DNA of 64,000 bases from Camelus dromedarius (GCF_036321535.1 NC_087447.1:49726001-49790000); one strand, 5' to 3'; positions 25,218-37,848 are shown, numbered from the stretch's first letter. Translations and numbers: made by a program. Notes: generated by a model from the sequence alone, not told the origin.

Positions 25218-28200
25218 CAGCGGAGTGTTGCATAGTGGTGTATTTAGGTAGATCCAGCCCAGCATGACACTGCGCCTTCCACCAGGAAGTGTTCCTGATT
25301 TGCCCAGAACCCCCTTTCACTGACCTCCACAACTTCCTCCCTAGACTGCAGTCATCTGTGCCCACGTGTGCCTCCCTGGACTGCAAGTTCCCTGAGAGCA
25401 GGGTTGAGTTTCATCCATCACCCCACCTCCTCTGGGCTTTGCTTAGAAAGATAAGTCAGGCACACAGCATTTCCAGGTTCCTCTGACTGAGGCAACTGCT
25501 ACCAGGCCTCCGAGCCTCTGGGATCCTTGCTCACACTGTGGATTTCCTATGGGAGTTGTGGTTGTCTCCTGTGCTGGGATGCCTGTCCCTTTGTCATTCC
25601 TCCAGTGTCACAAGTTTCTCTGGGCATTTTATCCTTCCCCATTATGTTTGTTCAAAGCCCTTTGGACAGGTTGCCCCATCTCCAGGCAAATCTGTCCTCC
25701 CAGTTCTCGTTTTCAATCATACTACTTCTATTGATAACATTTGTCAAGTATTAGACGCTGGGCCCTGTGCTGGGCACTTTGCATTCATCCTTTTAGTCCT
25801 TGCAACAACCCTAGGAAGGAGGAACTTTACTTATTCCCATTTGGATGAAGCATAGGGAAACAGGCCTGAACCCAGCAAGCAACGTTCACATGTCATCTGT
25901 GTCACCTAGTGGGCTCCTGACAAGCCTGCATCTGAAGAAAGGGTTTCATGGCTAAAGAAAGCTGGGAAAACTACTGCTGAAAAGTAATTGTCTTTTTAAA
26001 AAATATAATTAACCCTAACATTATATTTGTTGCAGTTGTATAACTTAATGATTTGATATACGTGTGTATTGTGACATGATTACCACAATAAGTCTCATTA
26101 ACATCCGTTACCACATGGAGTGTCTTTTAATGCATCTGTTTCTTCCCCCAGAATGTAGGCTCCTGGAGAGTAGGGACTGCAGCTCTGGATCAGCATAGGG
26201 CTAGGAGGGTCTTGGGAAAGATGGGCCAGATGGAGGGACAGATTAAAAAAAAAAAAAGCATGCATGAGCTTTCTGTGCAACAGGTTTACTCCTCGCCCCT
26301 TCCCTGCAGGGGAAAAGTCCTGGGAGAGTGGAGTAAGAAGCTTACAGACAGAATGATGCAAGGGAAACTTTCTGTACATGTTGCAGCAGAACACGCTAAA
26401 ATGGGACTGGGGCTGTTCCAAAGGCTGGTTCCCAAGGGTCTCAGGCCTTCTCCTCTCCAGTGAGCCAGATCTGTCCCACAAGACAGGACCAAAGGCCACT
26501 ACAGAGCCCCCACCCCCAAGTCCTGGCATTAGAGCTGGTGGTCTGTGCTCCTGGATTCTGGTCTGAAACCTAAAGTCAGCTCCGATCATCTCCTTGTGCC
26601 TTCTACCCTACATGCCACCAAGTCCTAGAGATTCTAAGACCTCAGCATCTCCCCAGCCTTCCCTTCTTACTTTTCACCCACCACCACTTCAGTTCAGGCT
26701 GCGTCCTCATCATCTCTCCCCTACCCCACTCCTTCCCCCTTTCTTCCTTCCAACATTAGCCAAGTCCCTCCTGTGGGCAAGGGCCAGTGCTGGGCACTAG
26801 GACACAGAGAGCACACTGATTACACCTTCGCCTTCAAGTAGCCTCTCCTGGGCAAGACGGGTGTGTAGACATTAAGAGTTACAAGTGCTCTAAAAGAGAA
26901 AAGCTAGGGGTCCAATAGGGGCACCGAGGTGGAGAGGGTCCTCCTAGGGCCACTGCCCTCCAGACCCACTATCCACCTTTCTCTACCCCAAACTCTGCCC
27001 AGATTCTCTGTATGGATTGCGTCGTTGGGCTCCCTTACCCTCTGGCCAACAGGAAGCCCTGACAGAAGATGGGCAGGAGGGAGGGACAGAGTGACCCTGC
27101 CAGGTCACTGGGGGTTGTCTGTGCCACAGCCTCCATCAGGCAGCCTGCTCCACACACCTCCTGCTCCACCTGGCCTCCTCCCTTTGCCCTTCAGGCCACA
27201 TTCCCGGAACATGTCACTAGCTTTGGGGCACTGCACCATCCCTTAAGTTTCCCCTATACCTTGCCTACATCTTTGCAAACAATCTTTGTATTAAAATTTC
27301 CTCAAATTACACAATTACAGATAGGCTGTTTCCTGCAGGGACCCTGACTAATACAGGGCAGAGGTAGGCAGGAAGCATGCCATGGAGGTGACATTGCCTG
27401 GACAATGACCCTTCCAAAATCAAAACTGACTATGTGTCATCCCTGCTAGAACCCTTTATGGCTCCCCATTTCTCTGAGGATAAAGTCCAGACTCCTTAAC
27501 CTGGCACCTGAAACTGTACACATCTGGCCCCTGATGACCAAGCCATGTGTAGTGAAGTCATCAGAAGGGGGACAGTCAGGGTTTAGAAGGGGAGGGTAGG
27601 AGTCCAGGGAGGGAAGGAGTTCCGTGCCCAAGGGCAGCCCTGCCTGGCAAATTCCTGGACAGGAAAGGAGGAAGTGGATGACACATGGCACAGATCCCCA
27701 GAACCATGCCAGGCCCCTCTCTCCCGGTCATCACCTCTGTCTTCCCACCCTCCAAGTGAGCTGAGCACTGGGAATGAGTTTGACCCAGACAGGCCTGAGC
27801 CTTGGGCCAGGAGAACTGGCCCAAATCCCAGCCCCACACTGACAACTGGAAAGCCTTTTGAGTCCCTGAGCCTCAGTTTTCCCAACTGTCAAATGGGAAC
27901 AACCTCACAGGTTATGGAGAAAGCTGAAAGGAGGAAAAGGATGGGAAGTTCATTTCGTCAAGCAGCTCCAGTGTTAGGGGTGAAGCAGGGAAAGCACACG
28001 AGCTTGAGGCTCAGGAAGAGTTGGGTGTAAATCCCAGCTTTGCTACTTACTCACTATGTTGTCCCCTTGCAGTTCCTTTACCTCCCTGCACCTCACTTGC
28101 AAAGCAGGGTGATAATCACTCCTGGCAGGGTGGCTGTGAGGACTCGGTGAGTCACACAGGCCAGGCCTGCATGGAACAGAGCGCTTGTAAATGTTTGTTT

Positions 28201-31200
28201 CTGCTTTTCACCCTATGCCTCTCTTAGGGTAGATCTCCTCTCTGCCTTGCAGACTGGACACTCACCTCCTCCTCTGTGCAATGGAGGGGCTGAGGCTGCC
28301 ATCACTGTTAGGGGCCTTAGAGATGCCAGTACCAACCCCTCACAAACCACAAAGCAGCACCCATAATTCCTAAGGGCTGAACAACCCTGGTGACTGAAGG
28401 GGGCCGTGAGACATGTCACCCTTCAGTCACTAGGGTTGTGTTGGTGGGCACCCAGGGGAGCCCACCCTGGTCACTGGCTTGGTGGCTTGACTTGGCCTCT
28501 CCTTCTGGGGTTTGGCCCAAGCACTGTGGGCTGGGTTGAGAGGCAATGAAGGAAAGATGACTCAGGTCCTGGAGCCATCCTGCTGACACACTGGGCAGGA
28601 AGAGCAGGGCAGGCCATTAGGATGGGAAGGTAGGGATGCTGGGGTGTGTGGAGAGGGGCCAGAAGAAGTCAGTGCCTGGTAGGAGCCCCCCACACGCTCA
28701 CCCTGCGAAGGAGAGAACAGTCCCTGGACACAGAAAGCTGCCAAGAAACATCCTCCCTGGGCTATGCTAACGCTGAGTCTGGTTTTCCATCTAAGCCAAC
28801 CTGGCTCAAGCTGCTTAAGTAGGAGCCATGGGCATGGCAGGTGGGGGCCAACGGGAGGAAGCTGTCACCTTGTGAGGTGGCCCAGAAGCAAGAGAATGCT
28901 CCTCCCAGCCCTCAGACTTGCCTCTGCATCCTTGATGAATGTTCCTGTGTTGTGAAGGGCCCAAGCTGGGATCAGGTTTTATTGTCCCATCCCAAGCCCC
29001 TACACCACCCACCTACCCACCTACCCAATCTTTCTAACCCTCCAATCTAGTCAAAGTGCTCTGCTCACACCCCTCCTTTGGTCTGGCTCCACAGAATGAA
29101 GCCCAAGCGTTTTGTAGGATTACAAGGCTCCCTCAGATCCGGTCCAGTCAACCTCTCCAGCCTCATCTCCTACTCTTCCCCTGCCTGCATCCCTCTTCCA
29201 ACCACATCAGGGTGTGCATGGTTCCCATCGCCAGGCCTCTGCCCAGGCTGCAGCCTCTGCCTGAGGGCCTTCTCCTTCCTCTTTGTTGGGCAGAATCGTA
29301 CTCATCATCTCAGGTCCAGCAGCAACATATCTCCTCCTGAACTTCTCAATTACCACTCCCTCTTTGCTGCTCCCACAGCACTTTGTCCGTGACCCCATTT
29401 TACTCATTCTCTGGTCAGTCCATCATTGACTGAGTCACAAATCCAAGCCAGGCCTACACTGGGGCACAGAGTGATGAGGTTCCTGACCTTCCTGGGAAGG
29501 CTCTTGGCCCAGCAGAGAGGCAGACACTGCAGACAGTGACAGCACAAAGGGAAAGACTGAACTCAGCACAGCCTTCCACATTTCCTTGTACCACAGCCTG
29601 GCTGTCTTGCTGCAACCATTGGCTTTGGGACACTGTCTCTTCATCAGGGCTCCTTGAAGACAAGGACTATGTCTGATTACTCTCTGGGTTCCAAAGAGAG
29701 CTTGGCCCAGGAAGGTGCACAGGAAAAATGTGCTGAAGTAGATGAACTTGGGATCTGAATGTTTCAAAGGGGACTTGATCTTGATCCAAAGTCCTGCCAT
29801 CGCAGAGAATGATATTTTATTTTCCTAGCATAGTGGTGACATCCTTTCACATGTTGTGATTTCATTTGATCCTCAAATAAGTGCAGTCAACAAGATAGAA
29901 ACTGTCACCTCCATTTTATGATGCAGAAGCTGAAATCTATTAGGGGATGGTGACTTGCCCAAGGACACGCTGCAAGTCAGCGGGACAGGAAAGGCCAGAA
30001 TGTAGGCCTCTTGCCTCCCAGCCCAAGCTCTGCCCCTTAGATCATACTATGAGGAGAGTGGCTGGGCCATATGTTCTAGCCTCACCCAGGAGACCTTTCT
30101 GGAGCAGGAACAAGCTACACACTGACCTGGAGTCCTTCCAGGCCAGCAGAAGTCTCACCTCCAAGGGGACCCAAAACACCTCTGGGGAGAGGATTGAAGA
30201 ATTTATGGCATCTTCAGCATTCCCCTTGCTGCATTGCTCTTTCCCCAGAAATACAGCACACCTGTCCCAATGTCCCAGATTTTGCACATACCAGACCCCC
30301 ACGGCCCTGACAAACCTGGAAGCTGCTAGCTTTCCCTCAGTTTCCTGAAAGGCACCAAGCTCTTTTCAGCATCAGAGCCTAACCACATGCTGGTCCCTCT
30401 CTACCTGGAACGCTTTTTACTCTTGGTCAACTCATGCCTCAGGGTTCGACTTTTTCTTAAGGAGGTTTACTCCTGTGGCCTTGAGTGGCTTGAACAAATG
30501 GCAGTATTTCTAGGTTCTATCTGTGGCATTTGTCACCTGCTGCCCCGGCACTGTGACTTCTGACACCCCCCTCCCAAGAAGAGATGGTAAAGACCTCAAC
30601 AGCAGAGACTCTCCTGCCTCTTATGCCGTGAACTCACGTGAACCTAGCTTGCTCAAGATGTCCCAAAGGATCCATCTTTTCACTGACATGTATGCTGCCC
30701 CTACCCCTTCCCTCACCCTCCACATCCAATAAGTCATTCCACCACCTTACCTGCAATTTTCTCAGACCAGGCCTTCCCTCTACCCTTCCACCACCACCTT
30801 AGCTCAGGGATCATTCTCTCTCACCTGGGTCCCTCCCGCAGCCTCTTTAAGGCCCCCTGGCTTCCAGCCTCTCTGCACACTACCGCTGGAGGATTCTGAA
30901 AAACGTATGTGACCATCATCATTTCCCTACTACAAGCTAGGCCCCATAGCCCCACCCCTACCCTGATGTCTCAAGAGGGCTTCATCAAATCTAGCCCCTG
31001 CCTCACTCTCCACAGCTGCCAGGGCTCCAGCCACTCAAGGTGCCCTAACCCTATCCCAAACATGCCGCCTTTTCTAAGACTTTATGTCTGGCCTCTGCTT
31101 TGCCCCCCAAACCTTCATCTACAAAACTACTCATCAGAGGGCAATGAAAATAATTTTGAAATACTTTCTACGTGCCTGGCACTATGCTAGGCTTTTTTTT

Positions 31201-32205
31201 TTTTTTTAATGCTTTACCTCATTTAGTTCTCAAAGCACCTCACAAAATATGTGCTGTTCTTCCCTCTGTACAGATACGGAAACTGAGATTCAAGAAAGGG
31301 AGGGCCTGAACTGGGCTGAATCTACCTGATTCTAGCGCCGCAGCGCACTAACCTCTCTGGGAAGTGCACAGAGCCCCCAGCCCAAAGCAGGAACCTCTCT
31401 CCTTGGGTCTATAGCCAGAAGCTTCTCTCTTGTCCCTGCACTGCTGCCAGCATCTGTGATTGTCTCTCACCAACAACGTAAGCATCCCCAGGACAGGGCC
31501 TGGGCTGACTAGGCTGGGTCCCAAGCACTCAGCAGTGTATAGATGCTCTGTGAGGTTTCTAGAGAAACAGGCGGAAATGTAGAGGCAGCCCGGCGGGGTT
31601 CAGGAGTCCATCCCTACCTAACTAATCTCGATACAACCACCAACCAGATAGGGGACCTCAGCAACTGTACCCAAGGCGAGGCCCTGCCAAAAGGAAAACA
31701 CAAACCCCGCCCGCCTCCTCCTGGCCTGCACGTGCCCGGCCTCCCGGCCCACGTTCCTCACGGCGGGCCGCACCAACCTCCGCAGGGGAGCGGCGAGGGG
31801 CGGGCGGACGGAGCTGCAAGCATAACCCGGCCGCCCCTTGAAAGGAGAACTTCTTTCCGCTCGCCGCCCACCCGCGCGGAGCAGGCGCCCCGGCGTCGCC
31901 CACCCGCCCCGCGCGGAACCGAGACCTGCGGAGCGGAGCCCCGCGCTCCCCCGCCCCCACCGAGGTGGTGCGGCCGCGGTTGGAACGGCCGGCCCCGCCC
32001 CTGCCGCGTCGGCCCCGCCCCCCCTTGTGAGGTTACAAAGTGCCGCGCTCCAAGGGGCCAGCGCAGTGGCGGTGGCCGTAGCCAAGGCTTCTCTTTGGTG
32101 GCTGCTGCTCGGGGTCCGTCGGGCCGCCCGCGCCCCGCTCCCCCTGCTGTCGCCGTCCCTGCGCTCCCGTGCTCGGCGCGAAGCCCTGGCCCCGGCGGCC
32201 GGGGC

Positions 32206-32271
32206 ATGGGCCAGGGGCGCGGGGTCAGGCGGCTTCCTGCGGGGCCTCGACCTGCACCGGCTTCGCCATGA
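32206..32271 (+). other. Upstream ORF (21 aa, MGQGRGVRRLPAGPRPAPASP*) with stop overlapping the DGAT2 ATG
   Basis: ggggcATGg in strong Kozak context; TGA 32269-32271 overlaps ATG 32268-32270. Translation is not demonstrated. Confidence 0.6.
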
Positions 32272-32307
32272 AGACCCTCATAGCTGCCTACTCCGGGGTC
32301 CTGAGAG
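32268..32307 (+). CDS. DGAT2: DGAT2 exon 1 coding part (MKTLIAAYSGVLR-G)
   Basis: gccATGaag start; donor gag|gtgagc at 32308, phase 1, compatible with exon 2. Confidence 0.9.
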
Positions 32308-33922
32308 GTGAGCATCAGGCCCGGCTGCCCGGAGGGAGAATTCTGACGGAAGAGCCGTGCTGTCCTGTGAGGGCTGAGTGTCTGGGATTGGAGCTGTCGG
32401 CACCCAGGCTCTTCAGGGCCTTGCGGGCTGCTTCTAGAGGTGATGCAGCTGCAGGAGGGTTTTCAGGAAAGGATGTGATGAAGGGCTCTAAGGCAGGCAG
32501 GGAGGCGTGTGTTGGTGTAATGAGGTTACATCGCTGGCGGACAGGCCGCTATGCGGGCTGAGGTCCCAACCTCTTTTCGTTTGGGTCAGCTTGCCACCCT
32601 CTCACTCCTCCCACTCCCATTCTTCCCCCTCAGCTCATCTAGGGTCTGGGATGATGGTTACCTGGTTTGATCCAGGCAGCCTGGCACGTTAGTCAAATGT
32701 GAGCTGGATGCATTCTCCACTCTGGCACTCATCAATCTGGGGGAACCTCTGTTACATCACCTCTCTTCCTCAAGCTTGTGAGGTGATAGTTGAGAACTCC
32801 TCTCCAGCCCCCAGCATTGTTCCTGGCCCCTGGCAGTTCTCTCTCCTCTCTCCTCACCTGGTGGATCAAATTCTGAGGTGTTGAATGAGTGGCAAGGGTT
32901 TTGCAATACTCTGAAATAGCCTCCAGACAGGGAACATGCCTGGCTGAGACAGGTGTGCCTACACTGTCCTAAGCTCCCCACCCATCCTTCCACCCAGGCT
33001 CAGGAGCCCCCTTAGCAGCACCCTAGTTACCCCCTAGTGTGGCCTGTGCCCATGTTCCACCAGTGTGCCACTGAGGCCCTCCACGAATCAGGGGCGGAGC
33101 TGAGATCAAACTCTAGAGCTTTTCCCACAGGAGGAAGAGCATCCCTTCCACACCTCCCACTTCTTACCTATACTTGCAGAAACTGAGGTGGCAAGAGGCA
33201 TGACCTACCCAAGGTTTCCTTGACAAGTGCTTTGGCCAGGAGATTAAATACAAATCTAGGAGAACCTGAGACATCCTCACAGCTGTCCTGGTCTGTGTGT
33301 GTGTCTTGCTTGAATCCTCCTGAGCTTCACCTAAATCTTTACTCTGTTTGCTGAACCTCTCCTACTTAGGGTTTTTCTTTAGTAACTAACAGTAGCCTAC
33401 CCCACCCACCTTCATTATAAAAATAAAACATAAGAATTATTGGAATTTTGGGAAAATATAGAAAATCAGGAAACAAAATACAAATTTTGCTGGTAAATTG
33501 ACTATCCAAAGATAGCTTCCTGGTAGTGTTCATCTGTTTCTGTATCATTTTATTTGTGCTCATTATTTAGATAAAGTTTAGGGCATGATGTAGATACAGT
33601 TCTGAGTCCTATTTTCTCCCTGTTAATGTTCAATTATGAGGATTTTCTTCTGTTACTCCCCTTCAACTTACAATATTCTAGTGCCTGCTGGATAACCACC
33701 CTGGAGCTGTATCACATTAACTGTGTCCGGGGCATTGGCATTGTTCCCTGTGTGACTCTTGGCGTGATTATCTGCCCTTCTTGATCTGGATGCTGCTTCT
33801 TGCCCTTGGAGAGGTACTGAGCTGCTGTCACCATCATGGGGACAAGCAGCCTGAGCTGCCCTATGCACCTGGCCTGACAGCCTCTGACAGCCCCTTTTCT
33901 CACTTAAGAGTGCTTGTCAGAA

Positions 33923-34014
33923 GGTGGGGGTGCATTATGGCTCAGAGGTAGAGCACATGCCTAGCACGCACGAGGTCCTGGGTTCAATCCCCAGTACCTC
34001 CATTAAAAAAAAAA
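33923..34014 (+). mobile_element. tRNA-derived SINE, Vic-1-like
   Basis: ggctcagaggtagagcacatgcctagcacgcacgaggtcctgggttcaatccccagtacctcc plus A tail; TSD tgcttgtc at 33911-33918 and 34015-34022. Confidence 0.85.
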
Positions 34015-35684
34015 TGCTTGTCTGTTCACTGTGTCATTGAATGGCCATAACTGGGGAAGGAAGGGACTTACCCATATTCATGCTTTTAAAAGGCTTTTGT
34101 CTCCAGGGAATGGGATAAGGATGCTCTTTGCGGTGGTCCTTCCTGGAGATCCCCTTCCCTCACCTCTGCTGTCCACAGGCTGTGAGCTATGTCTTCTAGG
34201 AGCAGGTGACCCTGACTCCTATGTTTTTGACCTAGAGTTTGTGATTCAGGAGGACTTCTAGTGAATGATTTTTACCAAGTCACTTACTATCATATAAGGA
34301 TTTCCCCATGTTGTTATCAGGTCTTGAAACTTTTTTTAAACTGGCTGCAGACAATTCCATTGTGGTATGTAGCAAGTGCTGGTATGAAATGCAAACCAGT
34401 CACTTTATCTCTCTGGCTTCCACTTTGGTGAAAGACTGGGTCGGGTAGGGAGGGTGCTGAGGCAAGTCCTGTGTTATCTGGCATCTCCATAGGACCTGCT
34501 TTCTACATCCTTGGTCTTTGAAGACACTCCCCAGTGACCTGGTTTGCCTCTGCCAATAAGGTTCCACTGTTGTGAGGTGGTGAACATCCTGTCAGTGGTG
34601 ATATTCAAGGAGAGACCATGGTTTCTGTGAAGGGAAGTCCTATGATGGGTGAGACTGAAACAGCTACCTTGGTGTCTGGTTTCTTGGCCGAAAGAAAAGG
34701 CTCTCTGTGGGAAAAGGCTGGAGGGGACAGGAGTCTGCATTGGAATTTTCTAATCTCTGAAGGATTTACCTGTGCCAGGGGTGGAGGGTGCAGAGTTAGT
34801 CTTGTTTGCCTCCCTGCCTTTGCCCTTTGATGTGAGGCTTTTCAGGTCAGAGCCCTCTGACAGCTGCCTGTATCCCCAGGGTTCACCACAGGACCCAGCA
34901 TGAAATGGTGGCAGCCCCAGTAACATTCTGAGCTGATTTGTTCTGTGTAGCTCCAAAGAGCAAGGCCGGAGACGAGGGTGGGATTATAGGGGGCAGATTT
35001 GATGTAATGGAGGAATCCTTTCTAAACAGCTGTTGAGAACCACAGCAAGCTTGGTGTGGATGGGGATGGAGCTCCCCATCACTGGGAGGATGCAATCAGG
35101 AGCTTGGTAGGGGTTGAAACTAAGAGGCTGGATTGTTGAGGGTAGGGGTAACTCTGGTACTGAGCCTTGACAGGGACCTAACCCATCCTAAATCATAGGA
35201 CGAGAACATTGCTCTCATGTTCCCATCACCCCCAATTCTTTGTACTTTCCCCTCCCCACACCATTTCCCCAACTGCTCAAGTGCCATTTTCGGGCTCTCT
35301 GTGCTACTGAGGGTTCTTCTGGGCTGGAAAAGGAAGGCCCAAGAGTAATATTTTACTAGCAGGCTGGGTGACTCAGTGGCCAATGAGGAAATCCTGCCCT
35401 GCCCCAATCCCCTCCCAGCCCTGAATTCAACAGCAACGACTTGAGTCGTAAAATGAGTCGTAAAATCATAGCTCTCTGTTAGCGCTGGATCTGGCCCAGC
35501 CCTCATGTTACAGATGGGACACTGGGCCCCAGAGAGAAGGGCCTGGACTAGGGTTGTCAAAGCCAAGGTTGAAACCCAGATCCATCTCCCAGTCTGTGAC
35601 TGGCCACCTTAAGCCAGGAGAGAAATGTGGTGAGGCCATGAAGGGCTGAGTGTGGGGCTCTGGCCACTGTAGGTGCTCATTTCC

Positions 35685-35779
35685 TTTATTTTTTTTTTTT
35701 TCAGTAGAGGTACTGGAGATTGAACCCATGACCTTATGCATGCTAAGCATGCACTCTACCACTGAGCTATACCCTCCCC
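35685..35779 (-). mobile_element. tRNA-derived SINE, Vic-1-like
   Basis: Poly-T, then gaggtactggagattgaaccc...ctctaccactgagctataccctcccc (reverse complement of the same family). Confidence 0.85.
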
Positions 35780-37834
35780 ACCTCTCCACCTCTCCCCAGG
35801 GGTCTTCCTGTTTGCCCAGCATTCCCACCAGTTCAGTCCTGTCTCAGGGCCTTTGCGTGTGCTGCCCTCTGCCCAGGTCTCTGCATGGCTGGCCTCTGAC
35901 CATTCAGTCTTCTCTCAGAGGCCTTTTCTGACCACACCATCTGGAGAGCCACCCCTTAGTTGCCACATCTTATTTTATTTTTCATAGCTCTTCTCTTGAC
36001 CTAAGTTCTCACATGTACTTATCTGTTTAGGTGATTGTCTTCCCCAGAAGAATGTCAGCCCCTGGGGAACAGGAACCCTATCTGTCTTTCTTAGTGTTTG
36101 TCCCAGCATTTAGCACAGGGCCTGGCGTGTAGTAGGTGCTCGGTAAATATTTGTTGAATAAATGAATCATTAATGGGACCTCAGCCTTCCTGAGCGCTGC
36201 CGCTTCCTCTTGGCAGGAAGCCCTGCTTTTGCTTCAGTGCGATTCCTCCACCCTTCCTCCAGCTTCCTCTCTGCCCACCTGCGCTGGGTGCTGGGCCTCC
36301 CACCTGCCGTCCCCTGCCCTGGAGACACCACCGTCTCCTGAGGAGCCGGCTCCAGGGCTGAGTGCTGTGTGGGTGGGTGGGGCTGGCTCACCATGGTCCC
36401 CTTCATTGCACCCAGGGCTTAGAAGCTGGAAAGCTGGGGTTCCAGCTCTGGCTTCCCTCAGGGACCTGGCTGGGCAGCTCACTTCCCCTCTGGGGAATCT
36501 CACTCCCCCTAAGTGGAAAATAGGATCAGAAATCTCAAACTCTCAGAGAGGTGAGGGTTTAGGTGAATGGAAAGTACTTTGTAAAATAACTTGTGACACG
36601 CATGTTAGTCCTTGTCATTCACTTCGTGTGGCACATGCAGCAGGCCCCCAACACTATGGAGAGTAGAGCTTGCTCTGGGGCTTCCAAGAAGGCTTCCCCA
36701 CAGTGGGGACTTGGGCATGGGCCCTTCGGTTTATTGATGGAGCACCTCTGTGTGTCAGCCTCTGTACTGCACGCAGGTCGATCAGCCCTGGTCCCTGCCT
36801 TTAAGGAAGTGAGCCTAGGGAGATGTATACAGGATGACAGGGCACAGTGACCATGCAGTGATGGGGAAGAAAGCATAGGGAACTGTGGAGGCCTGAAGGT
36901 GAGGGTAGGGCAGCTAAATCATCCTGGAATCAGGGAAGACTTCCTGAAACAGGTGACATTTAATCTGGATACTGAAAGATGAACAGGGGTTATCAAGGCA
37001 GGCAAGAACATTCATTTACAGGGACCAGCATAAATAGAGGCGTGAGTTTAGGGTGGGAGGGAAAGTCTGACTGCAGGGCCTCTGGTCTCTCAACATGAGC
37101 TGAGGTCCTGGAGTGCTCAGAGACAATGGACACAGAGGATGCTGTGTCCAGGCCTGGGGTGGCTCACCTATGCCCTTTGCTGGGGTGAAGGTGGGGGGTG
37201 GATTTGAGAGCTCCTGCGAAAGGAGCTGGGAGCACTCAGAATTTCTTAGCCTCTACCACTTCTGGGGCCTCCTGGGTATGGAGCTGCTGCTGGCAATTTT
37301 GAGAGCCCGGGGCTGGGAGTCTTAGTCTCTTCATCTATAAAATGGGCAAATGCATGACAAGAATATCTGCCCAGGTTACAGTGCAGACCCAAGGAAGCTG
37401 AACCTACACACCCATTGGGCAAATCAACAGACGCAGGAAACTTGAATTCATTTTACCATTAGGGCAGATTTAGTGGCCAGGAAGCTCACTCTGCATCTAC
37501 TTCCCATGTGACCTTGGGCAAGACCCTGTCCTCTTGGGACCTCAGCCTCCTCATCTATACAGTAAGGAAGGCTGCATGAGACAGCCCCCTGGGGTTCACT
37601 CCAGCCTTGCTGCGGAAATGTCATTCCAGTCATGCCACGACTGCTGTGGGACCCTGGGGTTCAACCTCCTCCTCATTCTCGTCCTCAGCTTGTCCTTGTG
37701 AAAATGGGCTCATGTCCTGCCTGGGGCCCAGGTAAGTGTCCTAGAAGAGCCTAGCTCCCCACACTTGCTCATGTATTGTGATGAGGGCCTATTTTGAGGA
37801 CTCCTTGGTGGTAACAAACCCACAAGCTGGTGGT

Positions 37835-37848
37835 GTTGCCACGGCAAC
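37835..37848. promoter_or_regulatory. RFX X-box motif (GTTGCCACGGCAAC)
   Basis: One mismatch from the palindromic consensus GTTGCCATGGCAAC. Confidence 0.5.

Larger units (their letters stand above)
31690..32340 (+). promoter_or_regulatory. CpG island / DGAT2 promoter and 5'UTR
   Basis: Dense CpG and high GC against a CpG-depleted background; several GC boxes (gggcgg/ccgccc); E-box CACGTG at 31729-31734; no obvious TATA box. Confidence 0.9.

Noticed and set aside
7100..31500. Further MOGAT/DGAT2-family exon remnants between the two genes
   Set aside because: No HPHG, YFP, RKGF or FGEN-like remnants were recognised in the ORF track or by eye. A TBLASTN search would be needed to exclude highly decayed copies.
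21000..31700. Possible divergent lncRNA upstream of DGAT2, as annotated in human
   Set aside because: Nothing in the sequence alone defines its exons.
31729..31764. Possible carbohydrate response element from CACGTG, CACGTT and CACGGC
   Set aside because: The spacing does not fit two E-boxes separated by 5 nt.
31543..32271. 242-aa ORF and overlapping long ORFs on both strands
   Set aside because: Pro/Arg/Gly/Ala-rich translations expected from a stop-poor CpG island. Only the terminal 21-codon uORF was kept.
32169..32561. ORF extending MKTLIAAYSGVLRG both upstream and downstream
   Set aside because: The upstream part starts at a GTG in the 5'UTR and the downstream part is intron read-through past the 32308 donor. 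There is no evidence for either extension.
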